A stretch of DNA of 64,000 nucleotides from Candidatus Moraniibacteriota bacterium (GTDB taxonomy: Bacteria; Patescibacteriota; Minisyncoccia; Moranbacterales; GCA-2747515). The notes below the pieces were generated by a model. The model ran no database searches and was not told where the DNA came from. It saw only the letters and a program-made list of their open reading frames with translations. The position numbers and the translations under genes are program-made. How positions within the stretch are numbered: the stretch's first letter is position 1; every line of letters begins with the position of its first letter. Shown here piece by piece: positions 51,058 through 61,431 of this stretch. The DNA lies in assembly GCA_046116545.1 (NCBI GenBank), contig CP175956.1:769734-833733 (forward strand), read 5' to 3'.

Positions 51058-51423
51058 TTAAAATCTAGCATTTTCATCTACTGTCATTTTTTTCTTAATT
51101 GACCTTCCACCTCGCCTTTTCAAATCTCTTGCCTTCTCAGTATCTCTTCTAATTTGAACTTTTAATTCTTGTTCAATAATATCTATACAAGCATTTATAT
51201 TTTGACATTTTTCCTCTGCACGATATTCAAATCCACTCTCCGATCGAACTGATACATTTAAATAAAATTCCCCATCTTTGCGTTGACTTATCTCAACACG
51301 AGCATCTCTTATATCTGTTAATTTTTCAAGTGAATTTAATTTTTCTTCAATATATTCTCTAGTAGCATCTCCCAACGGATCAATATTTTTGTGGTAATAT
51401 TCTACATTCATATCTTTAGTCAT
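51058..51423 (-). CDS. hpf: Ribosome hibernation factor HPF/RaiA
   Basis: REYIEEKLNSLEK...RAEE...ACID....L..Q.RR pattern. Confidence 0.8.
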   Translation of the reverse strand: MTKDMNVEYYHKNIDPLGDATREYIEEKLNSLEKLTDIRDARVEISQRKDGEFYLNVSVRSESGFEYRAEEKCQNINACIDIIEQELKVQIRRDTEKARDLKRRGGRSIKKKMTVDENARF

Positions 51424-51479
51424 TAATAAATTAATGCGTGATATTTAGCTCTGGTATATTTAATATTATTTAATAATTA

Positions 51480-52406
51480 TTAGAAACCAGCTAACACCAC
51501 TTCCTCCTTTAATTGTACATCAAACTCATCTCTTACGCGAGTCTTTGCCATTGCAGATAACTGTATGACTTGTTCTGCAGTGCCTTCGCCCATATTGATG
51601 AAATAATTCGCATGCTGAACACCAGCTTGCACATCACCTATTCTTTTTTGAAATAAACCACATGAATCAAGTAACCACCCAGCAGGGACTCTTCCTCCAT
51701 GAGATTTGCTTCCAGTATCACTCTCAAACATTTTTTGAACCTTTTCATCTACACTTGGATTCACAAAGAAAGAACCTGCACTTTTTATATTTTGAACTTG
51801 TCTTGAGTTCCTCCGCGCAATTATATTATACATATCTCTTTCAATTTTCTTTTTATCACCTAAATTTAAAATAAATGTAACACTAATGATGATATATTCT
51901 GGATTCTTTTTAAAGAAACTATTTCTATAACCAAAGTCACATTTTTCATTATCAAATATTGCAGTTTCACCAGTATTAGCATTCAATACGTGTACTTCTT
52001 TTATAATTTCCTTCATCTCTGTACCAAATGCACCCGCATTACCTCTCACAGAACCACCTACGGACCCAGGTATCCCTGTTAAATTCTCACCACCCGTCAA
52101 ACTATTCTCAGTTGCAAACATGAGTAAATCCATCAAATCAGTCCCAGCACCACACATAAGTTCACCACCATGCAACACCATGCTATTTATATGAATCTTT
52201 ATAACAAGTCCATCAAAACCATCATCAGAAAAAAGAACGTTGCTACCACCTGCCAATATAAAATGTTTAATTTCCTTTTCACGAGCAAATTTAATAGCTT
52301 CTTGTATATCATCAATGCTTTCCGCAAACACAAAATATCTAGCATTACCACCAATCTCAAATGTTGTATATTTCCTCAATGAAATATTTTCTTGTATATT
52401 TAACAT
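51480..52406 (-). CDS. murB: UDP-N-acetylmuramate dehydrogenase
   Basis: TTFEIGG.A, GGSN, GIPGSVGG..RGNAGA, FGYRNS, SAGSFF.NP, HAN. Confidence 0.95.
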   Translation of the reverse strand: MLNIQENISLRKYTTFEIGGNARYFVFAESIDDIQEAIKFAREKEIKHFILAGGSNVLFSDDGFDGLVIKIHINSMVLHGGELMCGAGTDLMDLLMFATENSLTGGENLTGIPGSVGGSVRGNAGAFGTEMKEIIKEVHVLNANTGETAIFDNEKCDFGYRNSFFKKNPEYIIISVTFILNLGDKKKIERDMYNIIARRNSRQVQNIKSAGSFFVNPSVDEKVQKMFESDTGSKSHGGRVPAGWLLDSCGLFQKRIGDVQAGVQHANYFINMGEGTAEQVIQLSAMAKTRVRDEFDVQLKEEVVLAGF

Positions 52407-52411
52407 ATTTC

Positions 52412-53047
52412 TTAATCATTATCAGTTAATTTCTTTATGTTTTTGCCTTGTTTTTGATTTTCTGATTGCATATTTTGTAGAACAGTCAATCCATGATCAC
52501 TTGAATCATGTATTTTTATAAAAACTTCTTTATCCACAAAATATACTTGCACACCATTTTCAATCATTGTATCCAATGCAGATTCAACCAGCTCTTCACT
52601 TGATGGCTTCACAGAGTCCCTACTAACCCATTCACAATCACCCATTCCTTTTTTTTCATCACAATAAAAATCATCAAAATTGTCAATTTCATAAATGCTA
52701 CCACCGTTATCAAATTTCCTAAAATGTTCTTCACTTCCAATAACTATATAATATACATCACCAAATTTACCTTTATTAGTCCAGCCATCATTCATTTCAG
52801 GCACTAGAAACATAGATGCAAAAGCCTTGTCTGGTGTAGCAAAAATTACAGAGCCCTCATTTCCATCTCTATATTTTTTATTTAAAGAAGGATCAAATTC
52901 TTGAATATTTTTTTTACTCATACCACGATATAATTTTTGAGGTTTTTCAAATTGCTTCTCAATTATTTTTTCATGCTCAAAATTATCTGCCAATTCTTCA
53001 TCGGCTAATCTATCGATTTTATTTTGTTTTAGATTTTCAAAATTCAT
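52412..53047 (-). CDS. Hypothetical protein (MNFE- N-terminus; LYRG...IFAT...EW pattern)
   Basis: 211-aa ORF; pattern loosely ADP-ribosyltransferase-like. Confidence 0.65.
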   Translation of the reverse strand: MNFENLKQNKIDRLADEELADNFEHEKIIEKQFEKPQKLYRGMSKKNIQEFDPSLNKKYRDGNEGSVIFATPDKAFASMFLVPEMNDGWTNKGKFGDVYYIVIGSEEHFRKFDNGGSIYEIDNFDDFYCDEKKGMGDCEWVSRDSVKPSSEELVESALDTMIENGVQVYFVDKEVFIKIHDSSDHGLTVLQNMQSENQKQGKNIKKLTDND

Positions 53048-53074
53048 ACATTAATAATATCAATTTACTCAAAG

Positions 53075-53445
53075 ATTGTCATCCTGAACTTGTTTCAGGA
53101 TCTAAGTCATAAAGAAGCTGACAGATCTTTCCATTCACTATTAGATTCTGTAATTAAGTTATGTTTCCATTCTTTATGCCAATTTTTCAATTGTTTTTCT
53201 CTATTTAATGCACTCATCACATTTTCTGTTTGTTCAAAATAAACTAATTTATTTACATTGTACTTTTTAGTAAATCCATCCACAAGTTTATTTTTATGTT
53301 CATGCACTCTTTTTTGTAAATTTCCTGTTACTCCAATATATAAAACATTATTATATTGATTAGTTAATATATACACACAATATTGTTTCATAAAATTATA
53401 GTTTTATGATGCCATGAGATCCTGAAACAAGTTCAGGATGACAAT
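53075..53445. mobile_element. GIY-YIG gene bracketed by perfect 29-bp inverted palindromic repeats
   Basis: attgtcatcctgaacttgtttcaggatct (53075-53103) and its reverse complement (53417-53445). Confidence 0.7.
53107..53391 (-). CDS. GIY-YIG nuclease (small, UPF0213-like)
   Basis: VYIL....LYIGVT.NL.KRV.EH, FTKKYNV..LVYFE, REKQLK.W, W.DL. Confidence 0.92.
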   Translation of the reverse strand: MKQYCVYILTNQYNNVLYIGVTGNLQKRVHEHKNKLVDGFTKKYNVNKLVYFEQTENVMSALNREKQLKNWHKEWKHNLITESNSEWKDLSASL

Positions 53446-53449
53446 TTTT

Positions 53450-54790
53450 TTATTCTTTAATTATATCATAAACCTTCCAAATATCTCCGGCTCCCAGTGT
53501 TATAAATACATCATTTTCTGTTAAATTATTTTTCATCCAATCAGCCAACTCATCTACTGTGTGAATGTTTTGTTTTTTATCACAATTCACTTTGTCCACT
53601 AAATCTTGTGATGTAATATTTCCAACTATTTCACGTGCACTTGCAAAAATATCTAATACTATAACCTCGTCTGCAATACTGAGTGACTGTGCAAACTCTT
53701 CCAATAATGCTTCTGTTCTAGAAAATGTATGAGGATGAAATGCTGCTATTATATTTTTATCTTTAAATATCTCTATTGCAGTCTTTAAGGTTGCGCTGAC
53801 TTCTTCTGGATGATGTGCATAATCATCTATCAAAACTGCTCCATTTAAATTTCCTTTTTTTTCAAATCTACGAGATGTACCTACACACTTATTAATCCCC
53901 TCGCTTCCAGCGACTTCTTCATTTGTCACAAGTAAATTCATAAGCCACGCTGCTACTGCATTTTTTGCATTATGTAATCCGAATAATTGTGTTCTAATCT
54001 CATGATTCTCTCCACGAAACTTCACTGTTACCACTTGTCCATTTTCAACAACCTTTCTATCAGTAATACGACAATTATTCAATTCTCTTTCGCCATAAAA
54101 AAATACCTGACACTTAGCCGATAATGCCACATCACGCACATCATCGTCATCACCGTGAGCCACCAAAAATCCATCTTCTGGAATTTTAGTAACAAAATCA
54201 CTAAATGTTTTTTTATAAACTTCAAAATTCTCAAAAAAATCAGGATGATCAAAATCAACACTTGTCAAAATTACAGAAAAAGGATTGTAAAAAGCTAGTT
54301 TATTTTGATATTCATCCGCCTCTAAAATAAAATATTCTCCATCTCCACTATAAGCACCACCACCCCACGATTGTATTTTTGAACCCACAAGAGCTGTTGG
54401 ACTAAAACCTGCTTCAATAAATGCATGTGCTGTTAATGCTGTTACCGTAGTTTTACCATGAGTTCCACATACTGCTATGGTTTTTAATCCCTCAGTCAAT
54501 TTGCCAATAGCCTCAGGATAACTTAAAACCTCCAACGATAATTCATTGGCCTTTTGTAACTCTATATTATCAGTCTTAACTGCAGTAGTATGTACCACAA
54601 AATCAATATCATTTGTAATATGTCTTGCATCAAACTTATCAAAAACTTCAATGTTATTTGCTACTAGATTAGATACATAAAACCCATCACCTTCATCTGA
54701 CCCACTTACCACATTTCCTTTCTCTTTATAGATTTTAGCTAAAGCAGCTGTACCTGCACCACCGATTCCCACTATGTAGATTTTTTTCAT
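53450..54790 (-). CDS. murC: UDP-N-acetylmuramate--L-alanine ligase
   Basis: GIGGAG, GTHGKTT, EADE, DHPD, DDYAHHPEE, FHPHTFSRT; start likely MKKIYIVG. Confidence 0.94.
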   Translation of the reverse strand: MKKIYIVGIGGAGTAALAKIYKEKGNVVSGSDEGDGFYVSNLVANNIEVFDKFDARHITNDIDFVVHTTAVKTDNIELQKANELSLEVLSYPEAIGKLTEGLKTIAVCGTHGKTTVTALTAHAFIEAGFSPTALVGSKIQSWGGGAYSGDGEYFILEADEYQNKLAFYNPFSVILTSVDFDHPDFFENFEVYKKTFSDFVTKIPEDGFLVAHGDDDDVRDVALSAKCQVFFYGERELNNCRITDRKVVENGQVVTVKFRGENHEIRTQLFGLHNAKNAVAAWLMNLLVTNEEVAGSEGINKCVGTSRRFEKKGNLNGAVLIDDYAHHPEEVSATLKTAIEIFKDKNIIAAFHPHTFSRTEALLEEFAQSLSIADEVIVLDIFASAREIVGNITSQDLVDKVNCDKKQNIHTVDELADWMKNNLTENDVFITLGAGDIWKVYDIIKE

Positions 54791-54820
54791 ATAAATATTT
54801 CTATAATTCAAAGCAACTTT

Positions 54821-55954
54821 TTAGTTTTCTTCAATCATTTTTTCAATTCCTGCTGCAATATTCATTGTTGCATCTGGATGATAAAAAGATTGTATATTTT
54901 CTATTAACTGCACTCGTAACTTCTCGTCACTTAACAATTCATTTATGTTTTCAACTAACATATTATTTCCAAGATTTGATTCTTCCAATACCATTGCACC
55001 TCCCACTTTTGAAATCTCATATGCATTCATATACTGATGGTTATTTGCACTTCTTGCAATAGGTATGAAAATTGCAACTTTCTTATTTGCTGCTATTTCT
55101 GTAATAGAATTTGCTCCAGATCTAGATACTACAATATCTGCTACTGCATAAGCGTCAGCCATTTCCTCACGATTCAAAAAAGGAACAGCTACATATTTAT
55201 GACGCCCTGATTTAAATCCAAATTCTGCTGCCATGCTTTTAGAATCTTCAAAATTATTTTCACCAGTTATATGCAATACCTGCGAAGTTCTAGTTAAATC
55301 TGCAAGGACTTTCACTACCGCTTCATTTATGACTTGTGCACCCTGACTGCCACCCATCACCAAAATCACTTTTTTTGACTCTGTAAATCCCCATTTTTCA
55401 CGACCTCTATGAATATCACCATTCATCATATCAAGTCTAATAGGATTTCCAGTTACAACTGTTTTATTATCAATGAAATATTCTTTACTTGTTTGATATG
55501 AAACAGCAACAAAACGTGATAACTTACCACAAATACGATTTGCCCATCCAGGAACAGCATCTGAATCATGTGTCAAAACTGGTATACGATAAATCCAAGC
55601 CGCTACAACAACTGGCACAGACGCATAACCACCTTTTGAAAATACTCCATCTGGCATAAAAATCAACAAATACCACAATGATTGCACTACACCAAAAGGA
55701 ATTCTAAATAAATCCAAAAAATACTGCATAGAAAAATACCTACGCATTTTCCCCGTCGTAACATTTTTTGTAATTATATCCATTTCTTTCATTGACTCTT
55801 CTGCTACATCACCCATCTGTGCTTTTGTACCTATATACAAAAATTCAACTTCATTATTATATTGTTTTTTTAATTCTTCAGCTACAGCGATAAGAGGAAA
55901 CACATGTCCGCCCGTTCCACCACCAGCAAGAACTATTCGTTTTTTATCACTCAT
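54821..55954 (-). CDS. murG: MurG glycosyltransferase
   Basis: GGGTGGH, KGGY.S.P, GNPIR, GGSQGA, RSGA, HQ..NA. Confidence 0.96.
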   Translation of the reverse strand: MSDKKRIVLAGGGTGGHVFPLIAVAEELKKQYNNEVEFLYIGTKAQMGDVAEESMKEMDIITKNVTTGKMRRYFSMQYFLDLFRIPFGVVQSLWYLLIFMPDGVFSKGGYASVPVVVAAWIYRIPVLTHDSDAVPGWANRICGKLSRFVAVSYQTSKEYFIDNKTVVTGNPIRLDMMNGDIHRGREKWGFTESKKVILVMGGSQGAQVINEAVVKVLADLTRTSQVLHITGENNFEDSKSMAAEFGFKSGRHKYVAVPFLNREEMADAYAVADIVVSRSGANSITEIAANKKVAIFIPIARSANNHQYMNAYEISKVGGAMVLEESNLGNNMLVENINELLSDEKLRVQLIENIQSFYHPDATMNIAAGIEKMIEEN

Positions 55955-56035
55955 TTATTTTTTTTACCCGATTAAATTAGTAACTCATTTACTATATGTT
56001 TTCATTATACATCATTTCAATCACTTTATTCAACT

Positions 56036-57217
56036 TTATTCTAACTTTGATTGTTTTGAAATATTCAACAATATACCGACTGAAATCAGAGTGAACATTA
56101 TTGATGTACCACCGTAACTTATAAAAGGAAGTGGTATCCCTGTTAGCGGCATTAATGCAGTTATAGCAGCTATATTCATAATAGCTTGTCCAACAATCCA
56201 AATTGTAATTCCTCCCGCTATCAGCTTTCCAAAAACATCTGGAGCAGTTGCTGCAATCTTCAATCCTCTCCATGCAAATAAAATAAATAAAATTATTATT
56301 CCAACAGCACCAAACATACCCAATTCTTCTGAAATGATTGCAAAAATCGAATCCCCCACAGGCTCTGGTAAATATAATCCTTTTTGTTTACTGTGTCCAA
56401 GTCCTAATCCGATAACACCACCACTACCTATTGCTATCAGAGCTTGTTGTATTTGATATCCAGTACCTTGCAAATCCGACTCTGGATTTATAAATGTAGT
56501 AAATCTCGCCATCCTATACGGCGCCATGGCAATAAGCATTATCAAACCAACAAATCCAGCTCCAACAATCATCATAATATGAGATATTCTAGCTCCTGCA
56601 AGGAAAAACATCCCTAATGCAATGAATACCAACATTGCTGTAGTTCCCACATCAGGCTGTAACAAAACCAAAAAACAAGCAAGTCCTATTATAAAAGAAA
56701 ATGACAATAAGCCATCATTAAAATCTGTAATAATTTTTTTACCCTTACCTGCGCACCAAGCTGCTACATACAATATGAGAGCTAATTTCATAAACTCAGC
56801 TGGCTGAAATGACATCGGACCAATTCCTATCCATCTGTTTGCTCCATAAGCCTCAGCACCTATGCCTGGCAAAAGAACTAGGAATAATAAAAATAAAGCA
56901 GCTGAAAAAATAAGTAATGCCCATTTGCGATAAATATGATAATCTATCTGACTAACTATGAACATACCAATAAATCCAAGTACAACACCTATCAATTGCC
57001 TCTTAAAGAAAAAGTAAGGATCATCAAAACGAACATCTGCATACACAATACCAGCAGATGAAATCATAAGAACTCCAAATAAAGTCAAAATACCCACAAC
57101 TCCAAAAAGCATTTTATCAGGAGCTCCGGCAACATAAAAAATATTTCTAGAAATTTTTGTTTTTGCTTTTTTCTTTGGTTTGATTATTCTATTTTTCTTC
57201 CTCTTGAACATAATCAT
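56036..57217 (-). CDS. ftsW: SEDS protein FtsW
   Basis: GANRWI, FQPAEFMK, QPDVGT, GYQ..Q.LIAIGSGG, YLPE..DSIFA, LPFISYGG; upstream of murG. Confidence 0.93.
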   Translation of the reverse strand: MIMFKRKKNRIIKPKKKAKTKISRNIFYVAGAPDKMLFGVVGILTLFGVLMISSAGIVYADVRFDDPYFFFKRQLIGVVLGFIGMFIVSQIDYHIYRKWALLIFSAALFLLFLVLLPGIGAEAYGANRWIGIGPMSFQPAEFMKLALILYVAAWCAGKGKKIITDFNDGLLSFSFIIGLACFLVLLQPDVGTTAMLVFIALGMFFLAGARISHIMMIVGAGFVGLIMLIAMAPYRMARFTTFINPESDLQGTGYQIQQALIAIGSGGVIGLGLGHSKQKGLYLPEPVGDSIFAIISEELGMFGAVGIIILFILFAWRGLKIAATAPDVFGKLIAGGITIWIVGQAIMNIAAITALMPLTGIPLPFISYGGTSIMFTLISVGILLNISKQSKLE

Positions 57218-57259
57218 CTTTATATCATTTCTAACTAACCAGTTCTCATAAGTCGCAGT

Positions 57260-57345
57260 AAAATTTAGATTGTGGCGAAGATAAGAATATTAGGTGTGTT
57301 CGTAGACCCATCTCATATTTTTGTCAAAGCCACAATCTGAATTTT
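57260..57345 (+). repeat. Long intergenic hairpin element
   Basis: aaaatttagattgtggc/gccacaatctgaatttt outer stem plus a 17-nt inner stem with G-U pairs on the plus strand. Confidence 0.55.
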
Positions 57346-57365
57346 CAAGACTTGGTGGGGAGTGG

Positions 57366-58034
57366 TTAGTTAGAAATGGTATTATTACTATTTTCCTTTC
57401 TCCACTGCTCAATTTTTTCATGATTTCCACTAAGTAATATTTCAGGCACTTTCCAATCATTAAATTCTTCTGGTTTTGTATAATGTGGATGTTCTTTGTA
57501 TCCATCTTCACTATGTGATTCATAAACAGCACTATCTTCATTGCCCAATACTTCAGGCAATAATCTCACTACACTATCAGCAATAACCATAGCACCTAAC
57601 TCTCCACCTGTAAGTACAAAATCTCCTATAGAAATCTCTTCATCTGCAATATGCTCCGCAACTCGATTATCTACTCCTTCATATCTACCACAAATAAATA
57701 TAAGATTATCATATTCTTTTAATCTCTCGGCGTCTCTCTGTGTATACCTACGACCCTTTGCACTAAGTAAAATAACCCTACTTTTATTATCATCTTTAAC
57801 TTTAGATTTTACATTCTCAACTGCATTATAAATTGGCTCAACTTGCATAACCATACCAGCACCACCACCATAGGGAGTATCATCTACATTTCCATGTTTA
57901 TTATTAGAAAATTCTCTAATATCATGAACACCAAAACTAACTGCACCCGATTGAACAGCTCTTTTCATAATTGAACCATTCAAATACGGCTCAACAATCT
58001 CTGGAAAAATTGTTAGGATATCTATTTTTTTCAT
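57366..58034 (-). CDS. trmD: tRNA (guanine37-N1)-methyltransferase (start likely 58034)
   Basis: VDDTPYGGGAGM, CGRYEGVD.R, SIGDFVLTGGE, PHYTKP, LLSGNH. Confidence 0.96.
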   Translation of the reverse strand: MKKIDILTIFPEIVEPYLNGSIMKRAVQSGAVSFGVHDIREFSNNKHGNVDDTPYGGGAGMVMQVEPIYNAVENVKSKVKDDNKSRVILLSAKGRRYTQRDAERLKEYDNLIFICGRYEGVDNRVAEHIADEEISIGDFVLTGGELGAMVIADSVVRLLPEVLGNEDSAVYESHSEDGYKEHPHYTKPEEFNDWKVPEILLSGNHEKIEQWRKENSNNTISN

Positions 58035-58051
58035 ATACACCATTGTAACAC

Positions 58052-58089
58052 AAAAACCCTTCTTTGAAACAATGTTCAAAGAAGGGTTT
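58052..58089 (-). terminator. Intrinsic terminator
   Basis: aaacccttctttgaa/ttcaaagaagggttt. Confidence 0.7.
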
Positions 58090-58140
58090 AACTTCTATAT
58101 ATGTCTTACACTTTTTATTGCGTGTAAGTTATGACTAAAA

Positions 58141-59370
58141 TCAAGTATTGAAGAATTTCTCAATCATAGCTAACGCCATAATTTTCATTTCTTCCCTCAT
58201 AGTACTCTGTTTTTTCAAGAATATTTGCTCATTATCATGAGCAAGCCATACCTCTCTACCATTGGGTAGAATGAATACCTTTGCCAAAGCTCCTACAAGT
58301 TTATTATTTATAGAATCTTTTGAGCTAGTATCACCTACTAACTCTGTATCCTCTGTTATATGTCGAAAAACTCCACCATTACTGGTAATGAGATCTACCA
58401 AAGAGCATACCTCACCCCATTTCAATCCTAATTTATCAATGGCTTGTTTGTACTTATCCAAAAAACCATCGACATCTTCTTGTGTCTCTACATACATATC
58501 TTTCACAGGAGATTCATGAATCCAAGATACCTCTCCCGATGTAACTGTTTTATTTCCAATGATTTGAATATCAGAAATGTCAATTTCAATCCTTTTTTTA
58601 ATGACAGCATCCGCCATCAACAATTCATCTGCAGTTTCTTCTTCAAATATCTTCATAGAAGATTTGAAAAAGATTAAGTCAAAATTGTGGGCAATCCACA
58701 CTTCGTCTTTGTTGGGCAAAATAAATACCTTTGCCATGACCCCGTTAAATCGACTTCTTATATCACCACTCTGAAATAATTTCATTTCAGATGGCAAATC
58801 ACCAACTATGATACATTGCTTCAATCCAGATCCGTCCTCTACATATTTGAATAAACCCTCGTTTGCTAAAACCGATTCCTTAAGGAATCTAAGATTTGCA
58901 ATATCAATTTCTAACATCTCCAAAGCGTGTTCATACTTGCCAAAAAATTGAATTCCATCAAGGTATTGCTCCCGATAAGAGCTTGCTCCAACTGATTGTA
59001 ACCAAGAAACCATTCCGATGGGTGCAGGATTAACATGTTCAATTGTAATTCCATCAATTTCCATTGATCGATCCTTTACCTCAACTGTCTCAACTAGTTC
59101 ATCTTCCCTGCAAATATTTGGAATTCTCAATCTTGCGTCTTTATATATAACATATGGATCTTGAAGATTGTTAAGTTTTGCAATATCTATATGCTTCATA
59201 TACGAACCACATTCATTTTTGGCAATTTTGCCAAGAGTGTCTCCACCACTGATATCATACCAGTAGAACTCTTCGGCAAATGCATCACCAACAAAAAATA
59301 ACATTGAAGCCATAATCCAAATCAAAGTTGATTTCATTTTTTTCTCCTGTTTTTTGTTAAGGTGCTTCAT
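58141..59370 (-). CDS. Secreted LysM protein with two tandem unknown domains
   Basis: Signal peptide ending AFA; GDTLGKIA...IAKLNNLQDPYVIY...LRIP LysM; repeated AKVFILPN..EVW.AH. Confidence 0.8.
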   Translation of the reverse strand: MKHLNKKQEKKMKSTLIWIMASMLFFVGDAFAEEFYWYDISGGDTLGKIAKNECGSYMKHIDIAKLNNLQDPYVIYKDARLRIPNICREDELVETVEVKDRSMEIDGITIEHVNPAPIGMVSWLQSVGASSYREQYLDGIQFFGKYEHALEMLEIDIANLRFLKESVLANEGLFKYVEDGSGLKQCIIVGDLPSEMKLFQSGDIRSRFNGVMAKVFILPNKDEVWIAHNFDLIFFKSSMKIFEEETADELLMADAVIKKRIEIDISDIQIIGNKTVTSGEVSWIHESPVKDMYVETQEDVDGFLDKYKQAIDKLGLKWGEVCSLVDLITSNGGVFRHITEDTELVGDTSSKDSINNKLVGALAKVFILPNGREVWLAHDNEQIFLKKQSTMREEMKIMALAMIEKFFNT

Positions 59371-59642
59371 TTATAATCAAATACAAAAAAATTTGTATAA
59401 AAAAACTCGCTTCTACGAGTACACTTAAATATACTACAAAATCAATAAAAAGTCAACCTAATTCTCTTACACCATGTCAAGCTGTGACATAGCAACTTCT
59501 TCTGGTATCTTCATGTTTAATGCTAGATGTAATTTTTCATTATACTAATAATCTAAATATTTATTTACTTTTTCATATATACAATCATAACAAAAAAACC
59601 CGTCCTTGAGACAATGCTCAATGGACAGGTCACCTCTATGCT

Positions 59643-60086
59643 CTAAATTTTATTACGTGGTTCATACATTTCATCATCCTTCATGGACAACAAGACATCT
59701 TTCAACATCTCCATTTTAGAGGCCTTCATAATACATTTAGAACATTGATTCAAGTCATCGTATCGCACAGAAGAGGCTACTTTTTTCAGCAATGATGAAC
59801 TTACTTGTTCAAAGAGATCTCCTTTCAGAATTTCCTCTTCTACTCCAACTGGAGTGTTTGTTGTATCAGTTGTATCAATAATCCTCACAACTTCTATAAC
59901 TGGATACTCAACTGCCTCCATAGAAACTCCACAATCCGTACATATTAGATGCATTGGATTTAAAACTTCTTCTCCTGTGTAAATATGGTGGAAAAAAATT
60001 GTAAATTCTTTTTCTTTACCATCAATTTCCATATCAATGGACCATTTACTTAACCCTAACTCATCTAGCATTGTATTTTGACTCAT
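59643..60086 (-). CDS. Hypothetical protein with two CxxC pairs
   Basis: CTDC and CSKC; SD GGAG; downstream hairpin 59595-59632. Confidence 0.65.
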   Translation of the reverse strand: MSQNTMLDELGLSKWSIDMEIDGKEKEFTIFFHHIYTGEEVLNPMHLICTDCGVSMEAVEYPVIEVVRIIDTTDTTNTPVGVEEEILKGDLFEQVSSSLLKKVASSVRYDDLNQCSKCIMKASKMEMLKDVLLSMKDDEMYEPRNKI

Positions 60087-60188
60087 TTTTTTCTCCCTAG
60101 TAAAATTGAGCTGATTATTATATTACAAAAAACACAACCATACATAATAGCATATTTTTACTAAAAAGTCAATGATGCTAAATCAAAC

Positions 60189-60217
60189 AAAAACCACCCT
60201 CTTTTGGGTGGTTTTTT
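60189..60217 (-). terminator. Terminator of rplJL
   Basis: aaaaaccaccc/gggtggttttt. Confidence 0.85.
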
Positions 60218-60244
60218 GTGCATGCGAAATTTTCTTTTGTAAGA

Positions 60245-60673
60245 TTATTTCAATGTTACTGTAGCTCCAGCTTCTTCAAGTTGTCCCTTGATTTCTTCTG
60301 CTTCTTCTTTAGCTACACCTGCTTTTACTACTACAGGAGCTCCGTCTACCATTCCTTTAGCTTCTTTTAGACCTTCACCTGTAATTGCTCGAACAGCTTT
60401 GATTACATTGATTTTTGATTCACCAATAGCTGTCAATTCGATATCGAATTCTGACTTTTCTTCTGCAGCTTCTTCTCCACCAGCACCAGGCATAGCCATT
60501 GCTACAGGAGCAGCAGCTGATACACCAAATTTGTCTTCCAAGATTGTTATCAATTCTGACAAATCAAGAACACTCATTTCTTCAATTTCTTTTACGATTT
60601 TTTCAAACTTTTTAGGAACTTCTACTGCTTTTGTTTCTTCAGTAGTTTCCTCTGTCTTTTTTGCTTCTGCCAT
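60245..60673 (-). CDS. rplL: 50S ribosomal protein L7/L12
   Basis: [37 protein letters not shown]. Confidence 0.97.
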   Translation of the reverse strand: MAEAKKTEETTEETKAVEVPKKFEKIVKEIEEMSVLDLSELITILEDKFGVSAAAPVAMAMPGAGGEEAAEEKSEFDIELTAIGESKINVIKAVRAITGEGLKEAKGMVDGAPVVVKAGVAKEEAEEIKGQLEEAGATVTLK

Positions 60674-60728
60674 ATGATTATATTAAACTTATTAAATTAA
60701 TTTATAAAAATAAATATTAAATGGAACT

Positions 60729-61247
60729 TTACACTTCTTTATTATCTCTCACAGCACCAAGTACCTGTACAAATGATCGAGGCACACCTGCTAGAGTATT
60801 TACAAATCCACTGATAGGAGCTTGTAATTGTCCAAGAAGTTTTGCTCTCAATTCGTCCTTTGTAGGTAGCTTTGCAAGTGCATTCATTTCCTCAGCAGTC
60901 ATGATTTTACTTTCAAGCAATCCTCCAACAATCTTTATATTCTCATTTTCTTTTGCTGTTTCGAAAATAATTTTCGCACTCGTTACCTCATCTTTTGATA
61001 CACTGATTGCGATTTGACCTTCGTAATCTTTTGGATCAATCTCAATTCCATTATTTTTTAAAGCAATTGCAAGAAGTTTTTTCTTGATTACTTGGAAAGT
61101 TGATCCCTCACTCCGTAGTTTCTTCTTCAATTCAACCATATCGTTTGCTCCCAATCCTTTGAAATCAGCTAGCACACATGATGGTGCTCCTTTGATTTCA
61201 TCAGTCAGCTTTGCAACGATTTCTTCTTTTTGTTGTCGTGTAAGCAT
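60729..61247 (-). CDS. rplJ: 50S ribosomal protein L10
   Basis: DFKGL, LAKLPTKDEL..KLLG.LQAP; upstream of rplL. Confidence 0.95.
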   Translation of the reverse strand: MLTRQQKEEIVAKLTDEIKGAPSCVLADFKGLGANDMVELKKKLRSEGSTFQVIKKKLLAIALKNNGIEIDPKDYEGQIAISVSKDEVTSAKIIFETAKENENIKIVGGLLESKIMTAEEMNALAKLPTKDELRAKLLGQLQAPISGFVNTLAGVPRSFVQVLGAVRDNKEV

Positions 61248-61267
61248 AGTTTTATTTATTAAACGAA

Positions 61268-61372
61268 AAAATCCTGCGTCAAAACACAGAATTAAATCAC
61301 TATAAACACAAAATAAACTTGTGTTTCTAGCACTTCCTCACAAGGACTTAAATTTAGCCTTGTTTCTGCGGA
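61268..61372 (-). ncRNA. L10 leader autoregulatory RNA
   Basis: Minus strand CCGCAGAAACAAGG...TTAA..CCTTGTGAGG resembles the L10_leader core, directly upstream of rplJ. Confidence 0.6.
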
Positions 61373-61431
61373 TACTCGTATAGTTTTTTAAAATCTTTCA
61401 ATATATTAACGCACTATTGCGAAACTGTCAA

